64,000 nt of DNA from the human T2T-CHM13v2.0 reference genome, Homo sapiens, in NCBI RefSeq assembly GCF_009914755.1, contig NC_060939.1; one strand, given 5' to 3'. The notes under the pieces were generated by a model. It was not told where the DNA came from, made no database searches, and saw only the letters and a list, made by a program, of their open reading frames with translations. This document shows, one piece after another, positions 31,011-46,402 of this stretch. Made by a program: the position numbers and the translations under genes. How positions within the stretch are numbered: position 1 is the first letter of the stretch; every line of letters starts with the position of its first letter.

Positions 31011-32309
31011 TTTCTGAGATGAAGGTAAATTCCATAACCATAAAAAATCCTGTGTGTTTGCATTTCTGGGTCCTACATATGCTGTAAGAGCTTGACATTC
31101 ATATAGGCCCAGAGACCCCTGCTGATTTTCACAGTTTCATTAGCAGATTAATGAGTACACCAACACATGAGGTGATAAAAATCAACCGTGCCCACTAATG
31201 CATTTCCTGTGCATATCTGTTACTTGTGTTCCTCTGCCAGCATTTTCTCTAGAGAAGTAACTGCTATAAAATGACTGTTGGATTGGTGTTCGTGGACAGT
31301 AAAATCTCACTGGTGACTTGAAACATGCATTTTAAGTCCATGTAGACAAATGCTGTCTTAAACCTATAAAAACCATGTGGTTTCACTTTTCTATTACACT
31401 CATGTATTCTAATCTGTAGCTCTCAGAAGTATCTTCACACTTGTCAAACCGTGTGTCTGAGTTTGGTTCAGAAAACATGGTTATAGAATAAATATTTATT
31501 GAATTTGTGCCTTTCTTCAACCCCATTTTATACTCTCTCCTTATTGCACAGAATCATTTTCAGCTGTTTTATGAACTGCTGGAAGATTATTTTGTATTTA
31601 GGGTGGAAATCTTTAAACCAACACATTATGTCTCATTTTAAATTTGGCATAGTATGACCATTTAAAGCTAAATTGCAATTCTGGAAGTTGTAAATTCTCA
31701 GAGTATAGGAAACAACTATAGCTGATAACTGGAGTGACACCTGTAGGAGATACTCTTGTGTTCAGCTAGCCATGACAATCTTGTTAAGAATAGTTGGGTG
31801 GGAGCCTCTTTTTGCTTCAGAGAAGAGTCTAAATCATAAAATATTTGGAAGAAATGAAGTTTCATTTCCTTAAACTATTGTATATGTAAAAATATAAAGG
31901 GTCATTTTTAAGTAAAACTAGGTAAGTTAGTGAAAAATGGTCACAATAAACCTACACTGAGCCTGAAAATTATTTAACATGTAAGAGTTAATTATGCATC
32001 CTAGAATTTGGGGCAAAATAAGAGAGCTTTAATTTGTTGAAATTTTGGCTGGAAATATTACTGATGCAAAAAGTCCAAATCCCTTTTAGTCTTATGAGAG
32101 TAGTCATTTCTTATTAATAGTCTTGCTAATTTGTATGAAAATTAAGAAGTTTGAGTCCTTTACTCAAGCACCAGACTAGTTGTTCCTTAAGGTCAGTGGA
32201 CAGTGCAGCTTATTTTTGAATCCCTACCATAATGGTACCTGGCACGTAATAGGCACTCTATGTGTGTTTCTGGAATGCATGGATGGTTGAAGAGTGAAGT
32301 AATAAGGAT

Positions 32310-32960
32310 AAGCTTTCTATATCCCATTCATCAGCAAGTCCTGTTGGCTCTATCTTCAAATTTATCCAGCATGTGATGACTTCTTAAAACCTCAGCTTGG
32401 TTTAGGCCACCATCATCTCTCACCGGGATTAGGACAGTGGCCTCCAAACTGGTCTCCCTGTTCTACTTTTGCCTCTATACAGCCTCTTTTCCACATGGCA
32501 GCCAGAGTGATTCTTTTAGAAGTCAGGTGACACCACCACGCTCACAACCCTCCAGTGATTTCCATCTCACTCCAAAGTAAAAGACCAAGTCCTTAAAATG
32601 CCCTCCAAGGCTCTGCATTTTCGCATCTGGCCTCAACCTGTCCCACCATTGTTTCTCTGAACCCGTGTGTTTCTCCCCAAACCTCTCATTCTGTTCTAGC
32701 CACTCTGGCTTCCTTTCGGTCTGTCAAACATGCCAGGCATTCCTCTGACCCAGGGCCTTTGTATTAGCTGCTGCCTCTGCCTGGAACAGTCTTTCCCCAG
32801 ATATCAGCAAGGCCCACTCCCTCACCTCCTTCAGTCTCTTTCCACTAGAGTGTATGTTCCATGAAGGCAGGATTTTGTTTGTTTTTTCTTTTTTCACTGT
32901 TACTGTCCCAGTGCCCAGAACAGTGCCCACCACATAGTGGGTACTTTTATTTGCTGGAAG
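32310..32960. mobile_element. L2 3' fragment
   Basis: CAGCCAGAGTGATTCTTTT..., CAGGGCCTTTG..., CCCAGTGCCCAGAACAGTGCC L2 hallmarks. Confidence 0.8.
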
Positions 32961-35645
32961 GAGGAAGAAAGCAAAGAAGTAAGGAAGGAATCAGGAAGAG
33001 GGAAGCAAGAAGCTAAATTAAAACTCATGGATATGAAGATGTGGCCATGGAAAGTACGGCCTCTGGTCCTGCCCACGTCATTAACTCCGTGCCTGAGAAG
33101 GGCTTTAAACATGACATCTTTTCCGGTAGTTTCCTGTTGATGTCTTTCTAACTTCTATAATTATGTTTTCATTTCTTTTCTCTTACCTGGGAAAAGTGCC
33201 TTTGCAGTAGTTCTAATTGCCACCTGGCACAGAAGGAGTGTGACAAATGACATATAATATATTGCCTTAACTTTCTGTAGCTCTTTGTAGAAGCTAGATT
33301 GTTTCTCTTGAAAGCCTTCTTGAGCCCCTGTCACTGCAGTGGGTGCTGTTTGGCTGAGAGCTCCCTGGAGTCTGCTGTTTATCTGCTGTTTACTCAGTAG
33401 GCCATTGTGACCGCCCCTTACCTGAGGCTGCCTCTCCTCTCTATTGGGCCTTTATGTTTCTCTTCTTGGTTTTTCTTTTGGATTGCATGTTGCCTCAAAT
33501 AAAATTGCTAACAACATATGGCCTGTTATGATTCTCTTTTCCCAAACTCTGCCATTTTGTATATTTGTGACACACTGCAGATTTTGTGAAGATTGCTTCA
33601 TAATATTTGTTTACCATCTGCTGCACTCTATTTGGTATCTTGCTAGGATTTTTTCCTCCATTTTAAGTGACATTAACAAAATCTAGCCAGTACATAGGCT
33701 TTCTGGTTCTACTTTTGCTTCCCTAATGTGCTGGAAAATCATATTACTATGCTCCAGGCAACTAGAGAAGCCTGGAATTCTCATTGTGAACCAATGTATC
33801 AGATCTGTCTGCTCCCCTACCCCCACCCCTTTTGTTGGTCATATCCGGTAACGCTTTTTTGGTCAGATGGCAAAGAACCTCCATGTATAAGATAGAAAAA
33901 GCTCAAATTATTTTCTTGCTTCTTAGTACCACTACTTTCTAGTGTTGTTCTCTAACATATTTGTACCTCTGAAACTTTGTGGCAGTTTAGTAAGTTTTTA
34001 TGATTTATGGTTCCAGCTAGTGTAATTTTTACAGCTTATCCAGCTTGATAGGCAGCTAGCCTGAATCTTGGCTAGATGGGCTGTCTATATCCAAGTTTTT
34101 GTTCAGAAAAGTATTTTAGGCTACTGTCATAGTAATTTGCTTAGTATGTATTTCTGCTTTCTTACCCTTCACTAACTTTTCGTAGCTGTCAATTCACTGT
34201 CTTTAGAGAGAAGTGCATTTTTGCTTTACAGGTTAAGGTGAGTGGTTTGCTCTTGGGCTGCCATCAAGGGGTCAGAGACAGCTCAGCTTTTGCCTTTTGG
34301 CTGGAGCCACCAGTCTTCTCATGGATATGGTTACTTTTCTAACTCAGTTTCCTCTTGGACAAAAACAAGGAGTCTTTAATAAAACGACTAAGCATAGATA
34401 TTAAAGAGCAAATCAGACAGTCTCCCAAAGAGCAGTTTGTAAAGAAAACCAATACCTATATAAAGCTAGGTATCCTATTAACCCACAACAACTATTCATC
34501 AGTATGCCATATAAGCCTGATTTTATCCCCAGCCTTTATTAGAATGCCTCTTTCAACTTATCTGAAATCTTCTTTTGGAGTCAGACCCCCTAAGGGGAGA
34601 GTTCCAACATTTTATCACTGGGTTGATGTCAAAAGCTATTCTAACCTTTTGGCTTCAGTTTTCTGTCCACTTAAGCAAATGCTCTTGTAATGTTTCATAG
34701 CTACTTTTTATGCAACTTCTCTTCAAGAAATTATTCTGGTAGCTGACTTCTTTCACAGATCTTTTTCTTCTGAAATAATCCCTCAAGAGATTTCTTAGAA
34801 ATTTAGAATTCCAAAATATTTTGGTTTAAGTAGCCTTAAAGGTTCAAGCTCTAGCTTTGAGAAGTTGAAGAACTCTCCTTTTGTTCTTGATTGTGATTTA
34901 AATGATTTTTATGTAATCGGTGCCCCCCCCTTTTTTTAAATAAATTATAAGAAGGGTTTTCACTCGTTTTACCAAAATATAAGCACTTGCCCATCCTATG
35001 TGAACAATACCTTATTCAGGTCTTGGGTATATTGAAATTCAAATATAAGCAGTCTCTTTTTAACCATAATCTCTATAGCTAGCTTAGTTGCAGAAATGAG
35101 ATTTATTTTAAAAAAACTACTTTATTCAGGCTGGAATTTGTTTTTATGCCAAGTTCAGAACTTCATAAAGAACAAATCAGTTTAGCCTACATTTAAAGAG
35201 AATTTGACCTGGTTTTAAAGCAAAAATGTAAAGTGCTTTCATGTGTGGTGATATGTAACATTACATCATTTGTACTTTGTTTTTTCCTGTCTCCTGCATT
35301 TTTAAGAAAACTTTCGCCTTAACCTTGAAAATATTAGTTTCTAGAACTTATATATAGACAGACTCCTTTCTTCTCTCTCTACAGCTGGAATGGCATTTCT
35401 CCCCCAATTTGGCTCTAGAGATTCTATATCTAAAGCGAATGAAAGAATCTTTATGTGTGTAACATCTCTCAGGACTGTGCCTTCTTCATTACTGCAAGTG
35501 ACCAGTGTATGCCTTTTACTCTGAAAACAGGCAACTCTTGATAGCAGAATACTGGTAGTGACTCTCCTAGATTTAGACAGTGTGATCTTGATGATACCGA
35601 TTCACACTGAGTTGGGGAACTCTGCAGCAGTGAACCAGGATCCAG

Positions 35646-35683
35646 AAACAAGTGCTTGGAAAGAAAACAAGTGCTTGGAAAGA
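35646..35683. repeat. Perfect 19-bp tandem duplication
   Basis: AAACAAGTGCTTGGAAAGA x2. Confidence 0.95.
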
Positions 35684-37300
35684 GTGAGAGCTATGGGTCA
35701 CTGAACAGGACTGGTCCAAGTGCTGGTTTCGATCATGCTATCAGATTGCTGTTGGCCACTGAAGAGATAAAGGGAGAAAGTATTTTGCTTGAAATTAGGC
35801 TAATTGTGAAAGAACACAAGCTTCCTCCTAGGGTCCCCATAGCCTAGTCACCAAGCAGGGGGATATCCTTGGAACTACAGCCAGACAGGAGGGAAGACCC
35901 ACTGACTTGTGGTAGGGGAATATCCCTGTGTTGAACTGAACTCCCTCTGTACTTTCAGTAAGCATCCCCTGACCATGTTGGGCAAGCTTATTCTCTTCAT
36001 GATGAGAGATTTGTCTGAGGTTCTCCAGGCTTGGGATCAGAACAGTCTTTCTATATGATCAAATCAGCAATTATATGCCCAAGAGTGAACAAAAATAATA
36101 ATTCCGATTGTTAACACCAGAACTGAGGCATCCTGCTGAGAGCCTGCCCCTTCCAAGTTGTCCCCTTGGGAGGCTCTGTACGTTGCTCCAGACGTTTTTG
36201 GCATTTCTTTCAACTGTGCATTTACAGTCTACTACATAGGCTGTCCTCACTGTTGACAAATCTTTATAGAAGGATGAAGAGTTAACTATATATTTGGAAA
36301 TAGCCATAAGTCATTCTTAGACATGCTTGGCAGATGATGTGGGTAAGTGATCAGGCCAACAATTTCATTTTGGGTTAAAAATGAGATTTAATATTCTCAC
36401 ATAGTCTATCTTCAGGTTTTTAAAGCAGTTTTGAAGAGATATTTCAAAAACTACTTTGAATAAGAGAAGTATCATGAAATAAATACATTATTTCTAGATG
36501 TGGCCTCTGATGATACTTACTCAAATTTACACATTCTGGTTATGTAGTTTGTGAAGTCTTGTCCTCCAGCCTTAAGACTTAAATTATTTCAAAATAGCAT
36601 GAATAGCATTTGAAGCTTTCTATGGCTGGAGAGTATGCAAAACAAGTGAAACTGTTCGGAAAAAGAGCTGCTAAATAGAATGGGGGAGACCTGTATTAGA
36701 GCTGCTTTACAAGTTAACCTTGCACTAGGCCTAGGTTCTCCTGTGGAAAGAGAATAATAATAATGATGTTCATGTCGCAGGTTTGTTATGAGGTTTTCAA
36801 GGAGGTATTGCATATGAAGCATAGATCACAGTGCCTCATGTATTGTAGTGTTCAGTAAGTGTTAGCCATTTTTATCATGCTGTTGTGAGATGATAGATTG
36901 CCTGGGAGAGAGGAAGAATGGAGAAATCGGGGTATGGTGCTGTTTGGGAGATTTAAAAAGTGTGGATAGTAGAACAAGACTGGCCTCTCGTTGGTTTTTA
37001 GTTCCGCTAACCAAACCTGTTTTGTCATACTCCAGTTATATTTACTTTAACCTAGAGATATGTTGTGAATGACATGAGCAATATTTTAATTTTCTGCTAT
37101 CCCTAAAAGAAAGTTTTATATTGAGATTCTGATCATATTCCAAATGGAAAACAAAACAACAAACTAATAATGTCAACATACCCCCAAAATGTGGTGTTGA
37201 GGGTTAGAATATCACATTGTAATAAACCGTTTATATTATGTTCCCTTTGTGCATTAAACAAATGCACACCTTATCATTTGCATTATGTGCTTTTAAACAG

Positions 37301-37368
37301 ATGAAGATGAAGATGGTGATCGAATTACAGTGAGAAGTGATGAGGAAATGAAGGCAATGCTGTCATAT
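37301..37368 (+). CDS. MAP2K5: MAP2K5 exon 3 (68 nt) (Y)EDEDGDRITVRSDEEMKAMLSY, PB1 acidic OPCA motif
   Basis: aaacAG| acceptor, donor GTAAGT; phase 1 to 0 fits flanking exons. Confidence 0.97.
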
Positions 37369-38124
37369 GTAAGTATACGACAAATGAAGACTATTTTTTA
37401 AAATCTTAACGTGATTGAGGATGCTGTTTCTTGGGCATAGTGAAGACGAGTAAATAAATCACAGTTGTCATACATTTTTCTATATAATAGGTAAAGGTTT
37501 CAAGGATTTCCGTATGTGAAAGTTAAGGGCATTATTTTCAAAAGACACTTACTGATCATATCATAAACATTAAGAATAATGCATCTTAATGACTTTTGCA
37601 TTAGGTATGATGCAGACTAAATGGACTATCAATTTCCTGTATTTTTTATGCAGTACTTAAAGTAACGGCTCATTAAAAATGAACCCCTGGGCTCTAAAAA
37701 ATTTTTCAAAATCTACTTTCAACTGGAGATCTCTCTCACCCTTCCAGACTATAGTTTACAATGTAGCTGCAGGCTTAATATGGATACACGATTTAAAGAT
37801 GTACTGTTGGTTATTTATGCACTACCCATAATACTCCCACCGAAAATGAACTACAGGGCTACTTACTGAATCAAAGTGATCTGAATATATTCTGAAACGA
37901 CTTTTCTTTTGTGTTTAAAATTTTACTGAAAATCTGCGTTAACAGTTATCTGATACTGAAGTAAACAAGAGAAAAGGGCATATTTCTAAAGCTTCAATAC
38001 TAAGCTTGAAAAATTCAGCTATCATGAGGAGACATAGGTTACCTGAGTCTTGATTTGTGCCTTCCTCTCAAGTTTTGTTTTGTTATATCTGAGTCTGTAA
38101 TCTGTTTACAAAACCTTTTCCCGT

Positions 38125-38340
38125 GGCCTGGTAGAAAGAGCATTGGACTGGAAGTCAGGAGACCTTAGCTCTACTGTGGTTTCTTGGCCCTAGGCAAATC
38201 ACTTAACCTTTCAGTGCTGTAGTTGCCTCATCTGTCAATTGTGGATAATAATACTTGTCCTTTATACTGCACAGGGCCATTGTAATGATCAAATAGAAGA
38301 ATAGATGTGAAAGCCCTTTGAAAAGTTAAAAGTTCTATAC
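38125..38340. mobile_element. MIR
   Basis: GGCAAATCACTTAACC...CCTCATCTGTCAA core. Confidence 0.75.
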
Positions 38341-39133
38341 AAATGCAAATGATGGAATCATTTGGAATCATGTGGAAATGATGGAATCAGGGCTCTTGCT
38401 TTTCACTGAGACCCTAATCTTAGTCAACAGTTAGGTTGTAGGTTTTTGATAGACTTCAGCTTCAGCCAGGATATTGTTTCATTGTAATGAAAACTGTAAA
38501 CTGTCTGTATGGGTTTCTGCCAATAGTTTTAATTTAGGGTAGGAGAATAGAGAACAAGAAGGATAGGATGATTAACAGAGCATTGCATTCCAACCAGCAC
38601 AGAATAGGAAAAGTCAATTTCCCATTGACTTCGCATTAACTTATGTGAGAGTCTTTGTGTACTGAGAATTTAGAGCTGGGCTCATCAGTACCTTGAAAGG
38701 CAGAGTAGGATTGTCTGCTGAAAAGGTCTACCACTGGTATTGATAGATTGGCTAACTCTCCTGAGAATGTGACATGCTTATTTTTAGAAAACCCACACAC
38801 ACAGATGGGTTCTAATTTTCTCACATATGTCCATTGCAGAGAACTGACATCAATATACTTTCATTATGTATTCAACTTAACCACATGCAAAAGATATGTA
38901 CTTTTGGGTATGATCTTACAAATTGTGCTTTTTGAAAATGTTAGTGGGTGTGGTCACAGTGATAATGATGATTTCCATTTCTAAGTTACTGCTATATACA
39001 AAATGCTTGAGGTATTTAATTTTTTTAGTTTTAATAATCACTCTGTAAGACAGATATTATCATCCTTATTTTTTAGATGAGGAAGCTGTGGTTAAGAGAT
39101 AAGCCCAAGGTCTTAGAGCTAGTATGAATGTGA

Positions 39134-39545
<412 letters not shown>

Positions 39546-39789
39546 TATCATCATCATTATTAAATTCTGAATAATTTGGGTTTATATAATACCTTAGTTG
39601 TGATTTCTGCACCATGTATTCCTTACAGCATATGCTTATTTTCTCAAATTCAGTGTTTAATTATTTTTGTGTTGTAGGAAAATATGATTACATAATCTTA
39701 CATTACATGTCCTTAGTTTAAAAGTTTCTGAGATTACTTGGGTCCACTTTTTTTTATCTGAATAGAAGTCATCTATCTCATTGATGAGA

Positions 39790-39927
39790 TAATTTTAAAA
39801 AATTTTTTGTAGAGATAGGGTCTTGCTTTGTTGCCCAGGTTGGCCTCAAACTCCTGGCCTCAAGTGGTCCTCCTGCCTCAGCCTCCCAAGGTGCTGGAAT
39901 TACAGGCGTGAGCCAAGGTGCCTGGCC
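39790..39927 (-). mobile_element. Alu left monomer (FLAM-like)
   Basis: Single reverse left arm. Confidence 0.8.
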
Positions 39928-40174
39928 AGGTTGGCTGTCATTTTGATCTGTCTTGGTTCTTATGATTGAAATTTAAGGAGAACCATTTGGACGTAACCTT
40001 ACAGTAGGTTTTGATTGGTAGTCCTCATGATTACCAGCATGTTCCTACAAATTTGCATTGGTCTTTATTTTGTAGGTTCAATTTGGCTCTGAAGTTTGAG
40101 TCCAGGATTTCGTATAAAGGCATAGGGAAGATACTGACAGATTACCACATTTTTATTGTTTTTTGCAAAAAGCT

Positions 40175-40605
<431 letters not shown>

Positions 40606-41373
40606 TAATCATTCTTTTTCATTGATTACAAAGGTTAAGTAAATAAACAGCCTATATCTCTGCATAAGAATAAAAACAAATTTGCAACCTCTGAGTTGAA
40701 ACTTGAAGAATTACTTTTTCCCCCTCTTGGATGCAGGCATTTTCTGGCTTTGGGCCAGTACAAGTGTACATTTTTATCAGTAATTTAAATAGATTTTTGT
40801 ATTAGACCTGAAAATGTTGCCTTTTTAATTGAAAACTTATCAATTATTTAAATCACTAGCAGCCTGAGGCTGTTAATTTTATGAGTGCCATAATAATGGC
40901 ATACAGTGGTTTTTGATACATGTGACACGTGGAATATTGTATTATGGTAAGGATTTGTCATGACAATAGGTTGTTGTGTGCTGTTAAATAATAACCAACA
41001 TATTAAACCAAAGTCTGTTGTCACACATTAGTACCATTTTATGTAAGTTATTTAGAAGTTGTATTCTTTTCTTCATTAGAGATATTTTTAAGAGATAAAG
41101 AGAAGAAAACAAAGCTATAATAAATTGTCTTTTAAGAAAATGTAAAGTAATTTGGTCTCCAAGGAGATATTTAATGTATTGAAAGAATTCAGCAGCCAAG
41201 TGTTATTACAGCACCATTGTGATAGCTGCTCTGCATTTTGTTATGAGTTTGTGTTAATCAACAATCTGTTTTTATAGCATAGTTTCTTGTAAGTTATGTT
41301 GTTAGAATATTCCACTTCTGGGATCACGGCTTTTCCTCTGACACTATTGCATCTTTTTAATTCCTCCATAAAG

Positions 41374-41681
<308 letters not shown>

Positions 41682-42742
41682 TAAAGTATTTTTTTAATTA
41701 GAATTTGAAATGCTTTATTAGAAAAAAAATACACACAACCTACATATTCTGAAAACTAAATACCTGATCATTGCTAATTAAATATTCCCTTAATGTAGTT
41801 TAAATTTTGTTGTTGTTGTTCTCATTTCCTCCTCTCATTTTCTAGAAAGATTGAAAATAGCGTGCTGCTTTTTTCCTTCCATTTTTTTGTGTTTGTTGTC
41901 TGGTAGTTCTATGGAGGCCCAGTTCTAGGAGGGGATTATTTTACTGTTAACCTCTTCTTTTGGGTGACCTTTCATTAAGAAATTCAGCCAATACATCTTG
42001 CTTTTGTAAGTAGATTTATATTTGTTTCTGCTAAATCCTGTGTCTAGGGATTTATTACACCTGGTTCTCTTAATATTGAGAGGCTTGTGTGAGTAGAACA
42101 CAGTATTAACAAAAATAATTTTCATCATTTTGTCTATTCTCACTCTTTATATCATTTTTTCCCACATTGCCAGGAGAGTATGGCATACATTTTACTGTAG
42201 TGCCTCCCATTATGAGACCTTGTATTATATTTAGTACAAGAGTCCTTATATTTAAGTGAAGTGTAAGTATTCCCTTTGGTGTATTTGACCACAGTGTACC
42301 CTGTCAGACGTTGAGTACTATGAGGGAAAAATACTTTTTGACCTGTGGAGCACCTTATAAATTGGGATATGATTGGCTTTATCCTAATATACATAACTTG
42401 GACATTGCCTCTAAAATCATGCAGTTACTCAAGTAGAGTTGGAAGGTAACCACAGAGGTTTTGTTCAACTCTTTCATTTTACAAATAAGGACATTGAGGC
42501 CCACAGAGAATAGAAGATTCAGATATCAGTTGGAAGTCACATGGCTAATTAAAGGCAAGGCCTGGATACAGACTCTCAGTCTCTTTGCTCCTGGTTGTTT
42601 TAAATAAGGTTTTTGTTTTGCTCTCTATTATAGTCCTGCTCAGCTTTGCAAATACTGCTTTTTCCTGAGTGTAAAAAATAATACTTATTACCAAAATGTC
42701 ACTGTACTTGAGTTTGTAGAGAAATGTAAAAAATACTCTGTT

Positions 42743-43169
<427 letters not shown>

Positions 43170-45162
43170 TTAGCTATTAGGAAGTTTTCTTTAAAGAACA
43201 AAGAGGTTAGAAGCTCATTTTCCACATGGTGCTTTCAAATATGCCACATATTAAATAGGTTCTACTTTGAACTTAACTTTGCAGGTGGCAAAATCAGTTC
43301 AGCTTTCAATGAGTTGTTAGTCCCCTAATTCAATGCAATTTATCCAAACAACTGATTACACAGTATATTCTTCAGAGAAGGTGGAGAAACGGTGAAAAGA
43401 ATGAGAAAGGGAAACTGAAGGAAATAAATTGTTTTGGGGATTTGTTTATTTACTCAAATAATGACATGCTGCAAGCTGTAAGTAAGGTTTTTGTTTTGTT
43501 TTCTTATCCTAGTCAAAAAAGAAAACTTTTTTCCAGAGACAGATTATTTTAATTCTCTTCTCTGTTTGGAACACTTGGATGCCTTTGAAATAGTGATAAA
43601 AGTGTAGTGACCCCTTTTAGCCCCTGTTGTGATCTATGTTGGAGCCTGTTTGGTAGCAAGGAGCAGAAGCATATTCAAGTTTGCATCAGAACGAGGGATT
43701 TATTATGTGGCTCTTGGAAGCAAAGGAAAAGATAAGCACGAGTAGGCCTCAGTCTTGGTGGCACCAGGGCACTCTGGGGACCACTGGAATAGGAGGTTTG
43801 GACCACCAACATTTTGTCATTTATATGGCTCTGCTCCCAGTTCAGTTCCATCTCTGTGGAGGGTTCCGCTTAGCCTATTTATAACAAAATGTCTCATTTG
43901 GCTTGCTGTCTGCATGGCCTGATAGTCCTGTTTTATTTAAGTGGCAGGTTCCCTGAAGCTGCTATTAAAACTTCTACTTTAAGAGGAATAGCAGAATTGC
44001 TACAGCCTAAAAATCAGGTGAAAGGTCAGTGTGGACACTACCCCAAGCTAACCAAGGTAATAACTCTGAAAGTTTCAGCTGAGAGGATCCCATAAATTTT
44101 GGGCCTGTTGCTGAATACAAATTTAAACTCCTTCTGCCAACACATATTACCTTAAACATAGCCAATTTGAATTTCATCTGCTATTGGCTGCCCAAACTTC
44201 TATGAAGGCCATCTGGGGCTCCTTAAAGTCCTTTATGGTTTTAACCAAATGGTGTTATCATTAAACTTGGCCAACTTGCTGTCATTTTCACTTTCAAGTC
44301 ATTAATAAATACATCTGTCCAATAACATGAGCCTATAAATAGGGCCCAGAGTTGGTCCCTGTTGACCTTCACATTGTGATTTTCTTTCTCATCATCTAAT
44401 CAATCTGTGACCATATGTGGACCCTCGGTCAAGTCTTTTAAGGAAAAGCTTGTACACATTGTAGTCTCCTCATGACAGGAGCAATGAGTTATTGAGGAGT
44501 CAGAGCCTGAAGCCAGGTAAGTAAATGTAGCTATTAATTTGATATTCAAAATAGATTGGCTTCATATGTTATTTTTGACCACTGGGGCAGTTGTGTGCTC
44601 TGTGAGAGGTCAGCATCATAAAGGAAAAGCCTCTTAATGTAAAGTATGAGAAATAATTGAAAGAAGGTGTAACTAATGACACATCTGAGTAGCGTTATAA
44701 TTGAATTTGTAGCCATTTGATAGAGTTAAGATTGTTGAGTTCTTCACTGGGAAAACTAACAAATTAACTATGGACTGCAAATAGTTGGTTAGTTTATTGA
44801 TTATTGCTGTAATTACTGACTGAGCTACATATAATAGGGTATGCTTGCAGTATTGACAACAGGAATTTGAAAATTTTATCATTAGTATGAAAAAAACAGC
44901 ATGAGTATTCCTTATAAGTGAAATACTGTACCAATTATGTTGTCTGTTAGGCATGCTAAGGAGAGATTTGAGAAACTCTCCTGTTATAGATGTATGGAAG
45001 AATAATAAGTAGGCCTGGTATCTCCTCTGTACGTGAGACTTGCTGCTGAATAAGTTGGAAGGTATGACCAATGAGAGTCGTTACTATGTCTATATCAGTT
45101 CCTCTCTGGATTCTTCCTGTAAACATTTGTGCCCTGTCTGTAATGTGCTAGGCACTATATGG

Positions 45163-45316
45163 CAGTGATTTCTCAGGTTTTTGAAGGCATAGTCCTTTTT
45201 GAAAATCTGTAGGAAGTTGTTTATTTTTTTCCCCCAGAAAATTCACATAATGCAGCATTTCACCAGCTTCAAGGATCTCCTAAAGCCCATATAGATCCCA
45301 GGTTAATACCTCTGGC
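45163..45316. mobile_element. hAT-Charlie (MER5-like) remnant inside an L2 fragment
   Basis: CAGTGATTTCTCA...CCCAGGTTAATACCTCTG terminal motifs. Confidence 0.5.
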
Positions 45317-45829
45317 ATAAGAGGAAATAAAATATACAAGGCATGGTTCCTGCCCTTGTTGAGCTTCCAAAAGAGAAACAGTGTTCCCCACAATACCTGT
45401 TTACTTTATTATTTATAGTACTGTAGTAATTGAGGGGAAGGGAGGGGATACTGACTCAACCTCAATAAACCAGTTAAATTCTACCACTGTACTTTGTCCA
45501 GATATCTCAGTCGCCTTGTTTTATGGTTTCTGTGTCACCCTATTGTTGCGAACATGTTTCTTCTATGTACTCTTACTTGGAAATGAGAGATTCAAGGCAC
45601 CATTTCCTATTTCAAGATTTTTTTTTTCAAGTACTTTTTAAGAAGGTTTCCCATATACCAGCTCCTTTAATTTTGATCTTCTTAACATCTTTATAAGATC
45701 AGCAAGGCAGGTTTTTTCCCCATTTTTACAGCAGAGGATACAGAGGCATAAACAATTGTGTGCCTTTCTTGAGGTCACACAGCTAGTCAATAGAGAGCTG
45801 GGGCCTGAGGTCACTCACTCGCTGGTTTG

Positions 45830-46354
45830 TTTCCTCATTCATCCAATCAGTTTTTCATGCAGCAAATGTTTATTGGATAGCAGTTCTCTGGCCAAGCACT
45901 ATGCAAGGTGGTGGGGGTGCAGTGAGCGTACAGTTCATGCCCTCCAGGAGCTCATGGTCCAGTCAGGGAGATTAACAAAAAAGGAAACAGAGTTCAGTGT
46001 GGGAAGACAAGAAAAACTCATAATTACCAAGCGGAGTGATAAATGATATAATACACCTAAGCATTAGGTGCTCCATGAGCACAAGAAGTGTCTAATCTAG
46101 CTTTGGGGACCAAAAAGGCTTCCTGAAGAGGGCAGTGTCCAGGTGGAGTAAGTTAGGACAAGGGGACTAGGAAGGATGTTTGGGGCAGAAAGAACAGTGT
46201 GTTTAAAGAATGCCTGGTGAGTCAGTAGGAGCTGCCTGTGATTCAGTCTGTATGGACAGTGACGGGGGAGAGGGTGGGAGATGGGGCTTGGAGGAAGGTG
46301 GGTTAGACCATGGAGGGCCTTAGCCCAGGGAAGTGACATGATCATATCTCATAT
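45830..46354. mobile_element. L2 fragment (continues after 48152 and after 48920)
   Basis: TCATTCATCC...CAAATGTTTATTG...TGCCCTCCAGGAGCTCATGGTCCAG L2 text. Confidence 0.75.
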
Positions 46355-46402
46355 TGTCAGAGGCATTTGAGCCATAGCAACTCTGTTAGTCTGTTTTCAT
46401 AC

